A stretch of DNA of 64,000 nucleotides from Candidatus Yanofskybacteria bacterium RIFCSPLOWO2_02_FULL_41_13. Its GTDB lineage: Bacteria; Patescibacteriota; Minisyncoccia; 2-02-FULL-40-12; GWA2-44-9. Shown one piece after another: positions 37,281 through 47,183 of this stretch. A program made the position numbers and the translations under genes. The stretch lies in assembly GCA_001795735.1 (NCBI GenBank), contig MGKQ01000001.1, positions 14,808 through 78,807 of the forward strand, read 5' to 3'. Positions within the stretch are counted from its first letter, which is position 1; each line of letters opens with the position of its first letter. A model generated the notes under the pieces. The model was given only the letters and a program-made list of their open reading frames with translations. It did not search any database and was not told the origin of the DNA.

Positions 37281-38087
37281 CTAGATTTTACGATACACAT
37301 GCTCAGGCACAACGGTCTTGCATGATTTTTTAATAAAATCAAAAGTGGCATCTCTTTGCTCCTGCGCTTGTCTAATATGAGTCCAGCTAAAATCGCTTTC
37401 TTTCGGAAATTTTATAATTAATATCCCGCCTTCTCGCATAGACTCAATCAGGCCCTGAGCAATTTTAAGAGGTTCTGTTGTATGCTCGAGACAATCAATA
37501 GCTACCACGCCGGCATAGTGATTTTTAGGTAATTGCTCCTTGCCAAGATTTATTATTTTACAAGCATAGGGAAACATCCATTTTGATATAAAATCTAATG
37601 CACATGACGGAATATCGGCAGCATCAACCGCTTTAAAGCCCTTGGAGAAAAGATAATGGAAAAAAACGCCCGAACCACAGCCAAAATCCAGTATTGGCTC
37701 ATTTTTTTTCACCGAACTTTTAAGAATATGGTATGTCTGAACCATTTTCTTCTTACAGCCATAATCGTACTTGCTGTAATAAGCCTGTCTCCAAATATCC
37801 ATATCGTGTTCCTGATAAAAGTGCTCTATCGAAGCCTGGTCATTTCTGGAGCGCGAATTCCATAATTCTTCAGCCCCTATTCTTGAAAAGTAGTAGCGAG
37901 CCCTAAGCTCTTCGTCTGAATCAAGATTATACGCTTTCTTAACAAATGGAATTATGCTCATGGCCGAGAATGAAGACTTGGAAAACATTCTCAGTAGAAA
38001 GTAATCCCATATTAAAAACTTACCCGATAAAGTAGTATATGGAAACTGACTGAAGGCTTTCATTAGATTTTTTAACTGCATAGACAT
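37281..38087 (-). CDS. class I SAM methyltransferase with a roughly 140-aa N-terminal extension
   Basis: ILDFGCGSGVFFHYL. Start uncertain: the ORF-track start is TTG at 38120, and 38087 is the first internal ATG. Confidence 0.65.
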   Translation of the reverse strand: MSMQLKNLMKAFSQFPYTTLSGKFLIWDYFLLRMFSKSSFSAMSIIPFVKKAYNLDSDEELRARYYFSRIGAEELWNSRSRNDQASIEHFYQEHDMDIWRQAYYSKYDYGCKKKMVQTYHILKSSVKKNEPILDFGCGSGVFFHYLFSKGFKAVDAADIPSCALDFISKWMFPYACKIINLGKEQLPKNHYAGVVAIDCLEHTTEPLKIAQGLIESMREGGILIIKFPKESDFSWTHIRQAQEQRDATFDFIKKSCKTVVPEHVYRKI

Positions 38088-38167
38088 GACAAATATTACA
38101 TTTTTTAGATCGTTTTGCAACCAGACATTAAGTTGTCAGATCATCTAATTTATGACAAAATGCATGG

Positions 38168-38920
38168 ATGATTTCCCTAGATACTCATTATACCGACAAA
38201 AAATTCTGGAACAGCTACTTTAAAGGACGAGTCATGCGTCCTATTGAGCACACTCCTTTCGCCGATATTTTTATTAAATATTTAACCCCCGACCCGACCA
38301 AACACGTATTTGAGGTCGGCTGTGCTGGAGGAATCTATCTCGCCTACTTAGCTAAGACCTTCGGATATCATGCTTCGGGTATAGATTATTCCGACGAGAT
38401 TGAGCGAACACGAGCACTGTTCGAATTCTATAAACTACCGGAACCAATATTATATAAAGAGGATTTTTTTTATTTTCGCCCTCCGCATCTGTATGATGTC
38501 GTCTGTTCGGTCGGTTTTGTAGAGCACTTTGAAGATTTCCAAGACATTGTCCGTCGCCATGCCGCCCTAGTGGCTGATGGTGGAACTCTCATCATCACCA
38601 TGCCCCATTTTGGCGGACTACAATATGCTTTTCACTGGCTCCTGGACCGTGAAAATCTACGGAAGCATAATACTAGAATCATGAGTCCAAATTCGCTTAG
38701 GGATGCGTTCGCCGAACTACCTTTTAAACTGAAATACCTTGATTACTATAAAACATTCGGATTTTGGACCGAAAGGAAAAACCTGGCTTCATGGGAAAAA
38801 GCAGTCTTCTGGAGCATTCATAAATTCGGTAAAATACTGCAAGTTGCCTTAGGATACGAACGTCCTAACCGTTGGGTTTCACCGCATATAGTTTGCGTTG
38901 CAAAAAAAATTAAAATTTAA
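38168..38920 (+). CDS. class I SAM methyltransferase
   Basis: VFEVGCAGGIYLAYLA. Confidence 0.7.
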   Translation: MISLDTHYTDKKFWNSYFKGRVMRPIEHTPFADIFIKYLTPDPTKHVFEVGCAGGIYLAYLAKTFGYHASGIDYSDEIERTRALFEFYKLPEPILYKEDFFYFRPPHLYDVVCSVGFVEHFEDFQDIVRRHAALVADGGTLIITMPHFGGLQYAFHWLLDRENLRKHNTRIMSPNSLRDAFAELPFKLKYLDYYKTFGFWTERKNLASWEKAVFWSIHKFGKILQVALGYERPNRWVSPHIVCVAKKIKI

Positions 38921-38923
38921 TCA

Positions 38924-40138
38924 ATGAGAGTCCTCCAAATTAATACGGTTGATACCAGAGGCGGGGCGGCTAAAGTCGCCTATCGACTTAAAAATGGATT
39001 GCTCAAGCTTGGACATAAGGCAGATATGATCGTTGCCCGAAAATATTCTCAGGATAAGGATGTTCATCTTTTGAGGCCCTATAACCGACTGCGAGAGAGG
39101 GCTGTTCGTAAATTAACCTACTGGCTGGCTGATGATCTGGACTTTTCTCCGTCCAGACATATTAGGAAAATAGAGTCATACCGCAACGCTGACGTAGTTA
39201 ACCTTCATAATATACACTCAAACTATTTCAACCTCGGCACACTTCCCGCTATTACTAAGGATAAACCCACCGTCTGGACTTTACACGACATGTGGGCACT
39301 GACGGCCCACTGTGCCTATACCATGGACGGTCCGGTTTCTAATGGTTTTTTTCAATGCTCAGATCTTGATTCTTATCCACCTATCGGTTGGCATAACGAG
39401 AAGTATCTAGAATGGAAGAAGAGGAGAGTTTACAGCCGATCTAATTTTCATATCGTAGTCCCCTCGCGCTGGCTTCTTGGTAAAGTAAAGCAAACTGTAC
39501 TGGCCGAAAAACCGGCATCAGTTATTTACAATGGCATTGACGTCAATATTTTTAATCCTAAGTCCCAGCAAAAAATCCGCGAAGAATTGGGTCTGCCGAA
39601 AGATAAGTTCATAATTCTATTTGCCTCAAAAGGCGGCCTCGACCAGCAACGTAAAGGCTACGACTTTGTACAATCTGTTTCACAATCATTAAAAGATAAT
39701 CCTAATGTCCTTTCCCTTATCATTGGCGGCGACCAAACCGTTAAAACCTCAAACCTAATAAAGACAGGCTACATCGGCGATGAGTCTCTCTTGGCAAGAT
39801 ACTTCTCTGCAGCAGACATATTCCTATTCCCCTCCACTGCGGATAACTGTCCCCTGGTGGTTCTTGAAGCCCTAGCCTGCGGCCTACCGGTCGTTTCATT
39901 CGCCACAGGAGGCATTCCTGAGCTTGTTGAACATCAAAAAACAGGCTATATTGCCCGTTATAAAGATTCTGAAGATCTCACTGCCGGCGTTCGCTGGATG
40001 CTGACACTTTCACCGGCTGAACGAGACGCAATGAGAGAATCTGCAGTTTCCAAGATTCTCTCTGGATTTACTCTGGATCACATGACTAGACAGTATCTGG
40101 AGTTATATAAGTCGATGCTGGGACAGAAGAAGTCTTAA
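38924..40138 (+). CDS. glycosyltransferase family 4 (GT-B, group 1)
   Basis: C-terminal FPSTADNCPLVVLEALACGLPVVSFATGGIPE. Confidence 0.8.
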   Translation: MRVLQINTVDTRGGAAKVAYRLKNGLLKLGHKADMIVARKYSQDKDVHLLRPYNRLRERAVRKLTYWLADDLDFSPSRHIRKIESYRNADVVNLHNIHSNYFNLGTLPAITKDKPTVWTLHDMWALTAHCAYTMDGPVSNGFFQCSDLDSYPPIGWHNEKYLEWKKRRVYSRSNFHIVVPSRWLLGKVKQTVLAEKPASVIYNGIDVNIFNPKSQQKIREELGLPKDKFIILFASKGGLDQQRKGYDFVQSVSQSLKDNPNVLSLIIGGDQTVKTSNLIKTGYIGDESLLARYFSAADIFLFPSTADNCPLVVLEALACGLPVVSFATGGIPELVEHQKTGYIARYKDSEDLTAGVRWMLTLSPAERDAMRESAVSKILSGFTLDHMTRQYLELYKSMLGQKKS

Positions 40139-40818
40139 TATTCTATAGCATCTTTGCCCACAATTAAGTCCGTCAGCTTAATACTATTGTTTCTGTTCAT
40201 ATCCCTGACCAGATCTTCCGGTCTGGTTTTGTCCTTGAAAGAAACCGAGAAATAAAACTCTCCATCGCCCTCAGTGTTAGTTTTGTGCTGTAAAAGCTTA
40301 TAAGAATTGAGGTGTTTATCAAATAATTCCTCATAAAACTCGCTTTTAAAATTTTTGTCAGCTATAAATGTCAGCAAAAATCCGTCTTGAGCCACAGACC
40401 CGAAATTATATTTATCTAGAAAGTAGATTACCGCCAGTAAGGCTCCTGTTCCTATAACAGAAATTATATAGTTAGCCGTTCCAACTCCCATACCGACAGC
40501 TAAACTAAAAAACAGATAGGTGGCATCTTTTGTGTCTTTTATAATGGTCCTAAATCTTATCAAAGTAAACACACCCAAGATACCTAGAGCTCTAACAATA
40601 TTATTTCCTAAAATCATCATTGCGATAGCCGCTAAAACAGACATCATTACCAGAGATTCCACGTAAGAACGGGAATAGGACAATCCGCGATGGGTCTTTT
40701 TGTAAATAACAGCTATCAGCAAACTCAGACCGAAAGAAAGCAGAATATTAAAAATAATAATGGCCGCGCTAAGCTCGGTAAGCGCCAAGTCAGTTGTGTT
40801 TAAAAAATTTGTGTTCAT
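40135..40818 (-). CDS. DUF4956-like integral membrane protein
   Basis: Multi-TM small protein immediately downstream of a VTC-domain gene (a conserved neighbourhood). Confidence 0.5.
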   Translation of the reverse strand: MNTNFLNTTDLALTELSAAIIIFNILLSFGLSLLIAVIYKKTHRGLSYSRSYVESLVMMSVLAAIAMMILGNNIVRALGILGVFTLIRFRTIIKDTKDATYLFFSLAVGMGVGTANYIISVIGTGALLAVIYFLDKYNFGSVAQDGFLLTFIADKNFKSEFYEELFDKHLNSYKLLQHKTNTEGDGEFYFSVSFKDKTRPEDLVRDMNRNNSIKLTDLIVGKDAIEY

Positions 40819-40829
40819 TAAATGCTGGA

Positions 40830-41558
40830 TTACCTTAATAACGGATTAAACCGGTGCAGTGCTTCGACCGATTTCTCGTATTTAGAATAGGTGTCGGCCC
40901 TTAGGTTATGCTTGGATATAATCTTTTTAAGCCAGAAAGGAAGCATATACTTAAATTTAATCTCCATAACCATCTTGCCCCTATTGACCGGTTTCATGAA
41001 AGAATTATACATAAAGTTATGGCCCTTGCAAGCTTCCAGGCTGGAATCAAAAGTAAGTCTTAAGTTCTTAAGCTCGTTAAGATAAGCTCTTCGCTTATAA
41101 CGTACCGCGACTGCCGGTTTGATTGAGTTACTGACCGCATTCCATAAAATCTCATTTTTCTTACCTATTTCTTTCTCAGCCCATTTTTTCTCAAGCAAAG
41201 ACACATTTCCGCGCATAAAAAAATCTTCGAACTCACTGTTGGTCAGTAGCATCCTGGTTTTGAAATTTTCCTGCTGATGCTTGTTCTTTATCTCGAGCCA
41301 TACTGTTTGGGATTCACCAATCGTCGGTTTATAAACACGTAATCTGAACTTTTTCCTCCTTATCAGACCGTCGATTTTATCTCTGTAGTCGGAAAGATCA
41401 TAGGAATCGTAATACAAGCTGGTTACAAAGTACTCGCCGTTAAGTGAGCTTATATTAGAATCCGGCTTCATCCCATACTTAACAATGTCCTTTTCTATCA
41501 GATATGCAGTATTAGGATCAATCTCATATTTGAATTCAAATCTAAATTTTTTACTCAT
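40830..41558 (-). CDS. VTC-domain (polyphosphate-polymerase-like / CYTH-like) protein
   Basis: FEFKYEI...RYKRRAYL pattern of bacterial VTC domain proteins. Confidence 0.55.
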   Translation of the reverse strand: MSKKFRFEFKYEIDPNTAYLIEKDIVKYGMKPDSNISSLNGEYFVTSLYYDSYDLSDYRDKIDGLIRRKKFRLRVYKPTIGESQTVWLEIKNKHQQENFKTRMLLTNSEFEDFFMRGNVSLLEKKWAEKEIGKKNEILWNAVSNSIKPAVAVRYKRRAYLNELKNLRLTFDSSLEACKGHNFMYNSFMKPVNRGKMVMEIKFKYMLPFWLKKIISKHNLRADTYSKYEKSVEALHRFNPLLR

Positions 41559-43977
41559 TTTTGTTTCTGTTAAAAACTAGATTATAAATATTAGCCGGCA
41601 AGATCTTACTCAATTCCGGCTCTATTTGACTTATGGCCGTACCGCCCTCATATCCTCCTTCTACGATGCTGTCATTTACGATTAAGCTTGAGAATTCATC
41701 TTTCTCAATTTCTACCGGATTCCCCCAGATCACGGATCTGCTGACCTGGGCCTTCCCGCCGTTAATAAAGCTTGGTTTCTTTCTGTATAGATAGAGGCCG
41801 TGGCTTTTATTCCCTATTATTTTGTTATTATCGATAACCGCATCGGAAAAATCCTTAACCGCAATGCCGGTATTGCATCCGGCTATAATATTACCCGAGA
41901 TTACGAGACTTGATTTCTCTCCTACGCTTATGCACTTATCTCCATAGCCGGCTATCTGGTTATTAACAATCTCAATCCGAGTTCCGGAAAGATCGATGGC
42001 ATCGCCATTATTTCCTCCAAGAATATTATTTATAAACCTGCTGTTTTCTACTTTTCCATTAGAAATAAAATCCAAATCCATACCATCAGAGCTGTTATTC
42101 TCAAATAAACTATTCCTAATGACGATCGATCCCAAAATCGCATGAAAACCATCATCTGATTTTCCATTCTTAAATACTGAATTTTCAACTAAAGATTCCG
42201 CATTATGTAATGAAAACTGAGAAAGAAAATTTACTCCGTTTATCAGGTCTGACGATCCTCCGCTTACTATTATATTACTGAAATAATTTTTATCAGAACC
42301 GGTATTAACGACGGCAAAAACACCCCAGGGTTTGTCCGAGCTAGGATATGAAGGAGCCATTAAAATCTGGTTTCGGCTATCACCGTCAGCGGTTACCGAA
42401 CCGTAGGAAACCAGAGAAACTCCCGGGTTAAAGAGTAGTTGAGCTCCCGGTTCAATTACCAGCCTCAGACCGCTCGGGACTACAACGGTTTTATAAAAGA
42501 TGTGACTTCCGGCACTAATGACTACCGTCTTTTCATTAACTTTTTTAAATTGAGGATTTTCAGCAATGAACTGATTGACGCTTTTTATCACATCCGGCAA
42601 ATACTTAAAACTACCGCTAAAATTAAGCTTACTAGAATAAGACAAACTTTCAGGAACATGGGATTCTTTGATCGCCCTTAAGGTTACGAGCTCTCCGGCT
42701 TTTTGGAAGTTTTTTACTATTAATTCACGGCTCTTGCTATTAGCCCTATTAAAGGAGAAGTTATTCTCATTTTTGGCCTGATCGCTATAAAATTCGTTTT
42801 TTGTAGACGCGACTATACTGTCGTAATAATTTAGATCGTTAGTTAGGTTGTCTTCATTCTGAACATAATTTTTTAAAATATCCAGAAACTTATCGGAATA
42901 AACTTTATTTTTAAATATTCTCTTTACTAGCAGAGGCTGATTGCTGTTATAAACTTTATCTTTTAACTCTTCCAGCTCTATATCCCAGACTATTGGTTCA
43001 AATTTGCCCGTTTCGCGTCTAAACAGCAAGACCAAGTTGCTTGAATCACTCTGATGGGCAGAACCCGAAAGCACAGTCACCAACTGCCATTTATAAATTT
43101 TTTCCAGATCAACAAGCTTGTCTATATATTTATAAAAAACTTCATCCGGAGCTTTAGCGACCAGTTCTCTTAGGGCATCGAGCTCCTCAAATGGCCCATT
43201 TTCATTTTTAACGCCGGCAGTATAACTCTTCCAATAAGAAAATGGGAGCTTATTTCCATCTGGCGACATAGCTTCACTAGTATCATTATTGGATAATATG
43301 TTGTCGGTATCAGCTATTCCGTTCTTATCTAAGAATTCAGTTGACCAGGCTTCTGAGGCAAGATAAACCCCGAAGTCTCTTTTATTGATATTCAACCTCA
43401 CAAATTTAATATCCGGAGCAAGTACGCCCATTTTTTCGGCCCGATATGAATTAAGGGCTGAAACAAAATAACCGCGGTCTAAGGGGATAATTAAATTCAA
43501 TTCCCGCATTCCTTGGAAAAGATTATCTGAAGGAAATTTAATTTTAAGTGATTTTTGTTCAGCCTGCCAATGATTCTGCATCAATCCCCGATATCGTATT
43601 TTGATTTTTGACTGATAACCGTCGTCACCGGCAAAATAGGCATTAACATAGTTTTTATTACTATCAGATAAAAATCCGTAATCCATTTTTTCTAAATCAA
43701 CCGGAACACTGTTATTCAGCTTCTCAACATTCTGAATATCTATAAAAACATGATACAGGGGCAAGTCGCTTTGTTTGAACCAGAAAGATAGAAATGCAAT
43801 ATTAGGAAGCTTTTTGATGGATCTCCAGCTATGGGAGAAGTAATTCTTTAATGGGGTTTTTATATTTTTAAAACTTGGATATGTTAAAAAAGCAAAAATT
43901 ATAAATAAAATAAGCCCATAAATTGCGGGTTTTTTTCTTAATAAGAAACGGCTCTTTTTAATATGTCTTGATGGCAT
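41551..43977 (-). CDS. CotH-like kinase-fold protein with N-terminal TM segment and C-terminal right-handed parallel beta-helix repeats
   Basis: KIRYRGLMQNHW...LKIKF...RELNLIIPLDRGYF...GVLAPDIKFVRLNINKRDFGVYL matches the CotH pattern. C-terminal NNxxDGxDL / ISGNIIAG repeats are pectate-lyase-like. Confidence 0.55.
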   Translation of the reverse strand: MPSRHIKKSRFLLRKKPAIYGLILFIIFAFLTYPSFKNIKTPLKNYFSHSWRSIKKLPNIAFLSFWFKQSDLPLYHVFIDIQNVEKLNNSVPVDLEKMDYGFLSDSNKNYVNAYFAGDDGYQSKIKIRYRGLMQNHWQAEQKSLKIKFPSDNLFQGMRELNLIIPLDRGYFVSALNSYRAEKMGVLAPDIKFVRLNINKRDFGVYLASEAWSTEFLDKNGIADTDNILSNNDTSEAMSPDGNKLPFSYWKSYTAGVKNENGPFEELDALRELVAKAPDEVFYKYIDKLVDLEKIYKWQLVTVLSGSAHQSDSSNLVLLFRRETGKFEPIVWDIELEELKDKVYNSNQPLLVKRIFKNKVYSDKFLDILKNYVQNEDNLTNDLNYYDSIVASTKNEFYSDQAKNENNFSFNRANSKSRELIVKNFQKAGELVTLRAIKESHVPESLSYSSKLNFSGSFKYLPDVIKSVNQFIAENPQFKKVNEKTVVISAGSHIFYKTVVVPSGLRLVIEPGAQLLFNPGVSLVSYGSVTADGDSRNQILMAPSYPSSDKPWGVFAVVNTGSDKNYFSNIIVSGGSSDLINGVNFLSQFSLHNAESLVENSVFKNGKSDDGFHAILGSIVIRNSLFENNSSDGMDLDFISNGKVENSRFINNILGGNNGDAIDLSGTRIEIVNNQIAGYGDKCISVGEKSSLVISGNIIAGCNTGIAVKDFSDAVIDNNKIIGNKSHGLYLYRKKPSFINGGKAQVSRSVIWGNPVEIEKDEFSSLIVNDSIVEGGYEGGTAISQIEPELSKILPANIYNLVFNRNKNE

Positions 43978-44098
43978 AGAGCGAAAGAGTAGCGGTAAAT
44001 TTATTAGCTAGACTAAGACAATTCTGGATAAAAGGATATACTAAAAAAGACCTAGAGTCAATCCCCGATCCCAAGAGTAAAATGCGAAAAAATTGTAA

Positions 44099-44134
44099 AT
44101 AAAAACCCCTTCTGTCTCATAGGGGTTGTTTTTT
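44099..44134 (-). terminator. bidirectional rho-independent terminator downstream of the 44136 radical SAM gene
   Basis: AACCCCT / AGGGGTT stem flanked by A- and T-runs. Confidence 0.55.
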
Positions 44135-44135
44135 A

Positions 44136-45710
44136 TCATTGCTTCGGTGCCATTGAGCGGACATTTGCAATTCTTTCAGGCTTATTAATAAACTCCCAGG
44201 CTTTCCTTGAAATAAATTCCAGATACCAAGGATCAATTAAAGTTTTTACAGTCGGCCTCATCCAGTCCAGGTCAGCTATGTCTATTCCAGGCAATAACAG
44301 ATTATTCGCCATTACATAATCATATAATTCCGTACCCGGAAAAGGGGTAACTATGGTCAGATTAACATAGGCCGAACCGGCATCCAGATGCTTTTTAGCG
44401 GCAAGAATTGTCTCGGCCAGTTCTTCGTAGGTCTCATCCGGATAACCGATAAGATAGCAACTGGAAACGGTGATACCGACGGAATTGGCTTTCTTTATCA
44501 AAGCTGATATGTCGTATGTTTCGTGACGTATCTTTCCAGAAACCCACTTATCAATAATTCTCTGGGAACCGGATTCTACTGGGAATGATAGCCGGTCGAA
44601 ACCAGCCTCAGCCATTGTTTCAAGCATCTCGTCATCTACTACAATCTTTTCGCCTTCATTTTTGTGAAGATGAGAAAGATTAACTCCGTTAACATCGCCT
44701 AATTTAAAGCCGTATTTAATCAGCATCTTAAAGATAGCTAAAGCCCTCTTCTTTTTTGCCAGCAACGAATCATCCTCTATATAAATATACTGGGCTCCGA
44801 GCTCTTTTATCACAAGGGCTTCTCTCTCAACACGCTCTTCGGATTGGAATCTGAACTTGCCTATATTGCCGGTGATTGATCCTTTCTGCTCCCCAGAAAT
44901 ATGGCAAAACGTGCAAACATAAGGACAACCCCTTGAAGTCATCATTGATACATAGATGTTGGGTTTTTCCAGATCCCCCTGCTTTCTGAGCGAACCACCA
45001 TGGGGCCGGTTAATAAGTCCTATCCTCTTTAGAGGAAGCTTATGCCTGGCGGGAATCGGCAGATTATCTAAATTCATCTCTATCTCGCCGACCGGATTTA
45101 TCTGAATTTTTCCATCATTTAAGAAAGCGGCTCCGTTTACACCGGAAAAATCACGGTTTCCCCGACGCAAAACATTACCTATCTGAACAATCGTCTGTTC
45201 GGCCTCTGAAGTGCAGATAAGATGCGCTCCTGCATCAAAGAATCTTTTCATCTGGGTGCGTGCATTGATTCCGCCCATAATGATTAACTTTTCAGGATAA
45301 GCCCGCGATATTAGCTGGACAGTTTCCTCAACCATATAGGTTTGAGGCGTAAATATTGAGCTAATGCCGATAACATCGTAGCTCGCACATTCTTTAATAA
45401 TAGCTTCCGGTGAAAGACCGACCCTGACCATTCCATTAGAAAGCGGCGTTTCTCTTTCAAATGATTCTTTCATGCTATGCCTATTTTCGTTCCCGACACA
45501 GCAGTCCAGAATATCGGCTTCGAAATTATTTTGCTCAAGAGCGGCGGCAAGATATAGATTACCCAAAGATACTTCAGGCTTTACCGTACCGAATGTCTTA
45601 TCATGACGCTGAGGCGAGTACATCAACAAAAATTTGGGATCCCTAATATTTTTTAGTAAAGGCGGGGAACTATCATTACTTTGCACCTGAGCTCCTGTCT
45701 GTATTTTCAT
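44136..45710 (-). CDS. B12-binding-domain radical SAM protein (524 aa)
   Basis: N-terminal B12-binding-like region, SRGCPYVCTFCHISGE. Confidence 0.75.
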   Translation of the reverse strand: MKIQTGAQVQSNDSSPPLLKNIRDPKFLLMYSPQRHDKTFGTVKPEVSLGNLYLAAALEQNNFEADILDCCVGNENRHSMKESFERETPLSNGMVRVGLSPEAIIKECASYDVIGISSIFTPQTYMVEETVQLISRAYPEKLIIMGGINARTQMKRFFDAGAHLICTSEAEQTIVQIGNVLRRGNRDFSGVNGAAFLNDGKIQINPVGEIEMNLDNLPIPARHKLPLKRIGLINRPHGGSLRKQGDLEKPNIYVSMMTSRGCPYVCTFCHISGEQKGSITGNIGKFRFQSEERVEREALVIKELGAQYIYIEDDSLLAKKKRALAIFKMLIKYGFKLGDVNGVNLSHLHKNEGEKIVVDDEMLETMAEAGFDRLSFPVESGSQRIIDKWVSGKIRHETYDISALIKKANSVGITVSSCYLIGYPDETYEELAETILAAKKHLDAGSAYVNLTIVTPFPGTELYDYVMANNLLLPGIDIADLDWMRPTVKTLIDPWYLEFISRKAWEFINKPERIANVRSMAPKQ

Positions 45711-45803
45711 TTTTAAGGTACCCTCGACTACAAATTAGCGCTTGAGACAAAATAACAAAAAAGTATTTAGATAACAACTGCCTCTGTGAATAAGAATACC
45801 GCG

Positions 45804-46862
45804 TTATAATTCCTTAATCCTATCTAGTAAATTTTTAGCTAAAATTTCTGATTTTAGTTCTTCTTGATACAGTCTATAACCATTCTCAGCTATCCTTTCC
45901 AGCTCTTGAGGATTGTTCTTTGCCCACAGTATTTTTTGAGCTAAAGACTGGGCATTAGCCGGTTCACAAGTGATACAGGTCTTCCCCGGCTCAAGAAGCT
46001 CAAGGATTCCCCTATTAGACGCGGTCAGATACGGTAAGCGCATGACCAATGACTCATAAACCTTATGGGGAATGGTTCTCTCCAGGCGCTCATGATCTGA
46101 TAATTGACCTATACTTAAGTGGCATTTCTGCATAAGACCCCTTAACTCCTCTACGGGGACAAAATTAGATGTAAGCTTAAGATTGACTAGCCTAAGCCCG
46201 TCTATCATTTTTTTTATTTTATCCAAAAGTTGACCGCCACCGCCATGCACAATAAACTCAATGTCATTATTTTCTAAGATTTTAGCCGCCCGAACTAAAT
46301 ATTCTACTCCCGTTTCTGGCAAAAAGGCCCCCCTAAATAAGACAGCGAATGTTGATAATTTTCCGGTTGAAGAGTCATAAAAAAATTTATCCTCATCAAC
46401 GCCAATCCAATTTCTAAATACTTTTTCTCTATTAACTTTAAATAGTTTTTTAAAATAATCTGCCTGGCTATCTGACTCAACAACGATTAGGTCAGAAATA
46501 TGTACGGCTATAAAATCAAGCAACCAATAATATCCGGCCTTAACCGAAAATCTGGAAGCCAAAGCCCTTGAGACTATCATTCTCTCATATACCGATAGAA
46601 CGGCGTTATAAATAATTTTTTTTCGGCAAAAAAAACGCAGAAATATAACTAAACCAGGACTATCATATCCAACGATAACTGTATCCGTATTTTTTGAGTT
46701 GCGTCTATAAAAAGACCAAAGAGCTAAAAAGCTGAAAGCTCCCCCGCCCTTAAGACCAAACTCCAGAACTTCTACCCCGTTCTCCCTTAGTCCTTTTATA
46801 CAGACCGAGTTAAGTGCATATTCCAGCCGCGAATTGCTTAAGTATATTATTTTTTTAATCAT
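45804..46862 (-). CDS. GT-B fold glycosyltransferase-like protein (GT4-like, or PseG-like UDP-sugar hydrolase)
   Basis: C-terminal domain FIVHGGGG...VYESLVMRLPYLTASNRGILELL resembles the GT-B nucleotide-binding domain. Confidence 0.45.
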   Translation of the reverse strand: MIKKIIYLSNSRLEYALNSVCIKGLRENGVEVLEFGLKGGGAFSFLALWSFYRRNSKNTDTVIVGYDSPGLVIFLRFFCRKKIIYNAVLSVYERMIVSRALASRFSVKAGYYWLLDFIAVHISDLIVVESDSQADYFKKLFKVNREKVFRNWIGVDEDKFFYDSSTGKLSTFAVLFRGAFLPETGVEYLVRAAKILENNDIEFIVHGGGGQLLDKIKKMIDGLRLVNLKLTSNFVPVEELRGLMQKCHLSIGQLSDHERLERTIPHKVYESLVMRLPYLTASNRGILELLEPGKTCITCEPANAQSLAQKILWAKNNPQELERIAENGYRLYQEELKSEILAKNLLDRIKEL

Positions 46863-46871
46863 CCCAGTATA

Positions 46872-47183
46872 TCAACTTCCAGAGCCAAACGCTTTGGTGC
46901 GTCTGTACTCTTTAAGCCTTAGACTTAAAAATATCCTACCCCTTGTCGTTTTAAGATAACCTTCTCTGCGTTTGGCATCTTGCTCATTAGTACAGCCTTC
47001 AAAATATATTAGCTTGAATGGTAACCTGAACTTTGTACTGAAATTGAAGCCTTTATTATGTTCATCTATTCTTCTGCGCAGGTTATTTGTGTAACCAATG
47101 TATAACCTATCGTCCTTGATACTTTGTAGCACATAGATATAGAAGAACATGCTGGAAGCTGTATTACTGGGCATGTGATTCAT
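46872..47183 (-). CDS. GIY-YIG domain small protein
   Basis: FFYIYVLQS...LYIGYTNNLRRRIDEHNKG. Confidence 0.75.
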   Translation of the reverse strand: MNHMPSNTASSMFFYIYVLQSIKDDRLYIGYTNNLRRRIDEHNKGFNFSTKFRLPFKLIYFEGCTNEQDAKRREGYLKTTRGRIFLSLRLKEYRRTKAFGSGS

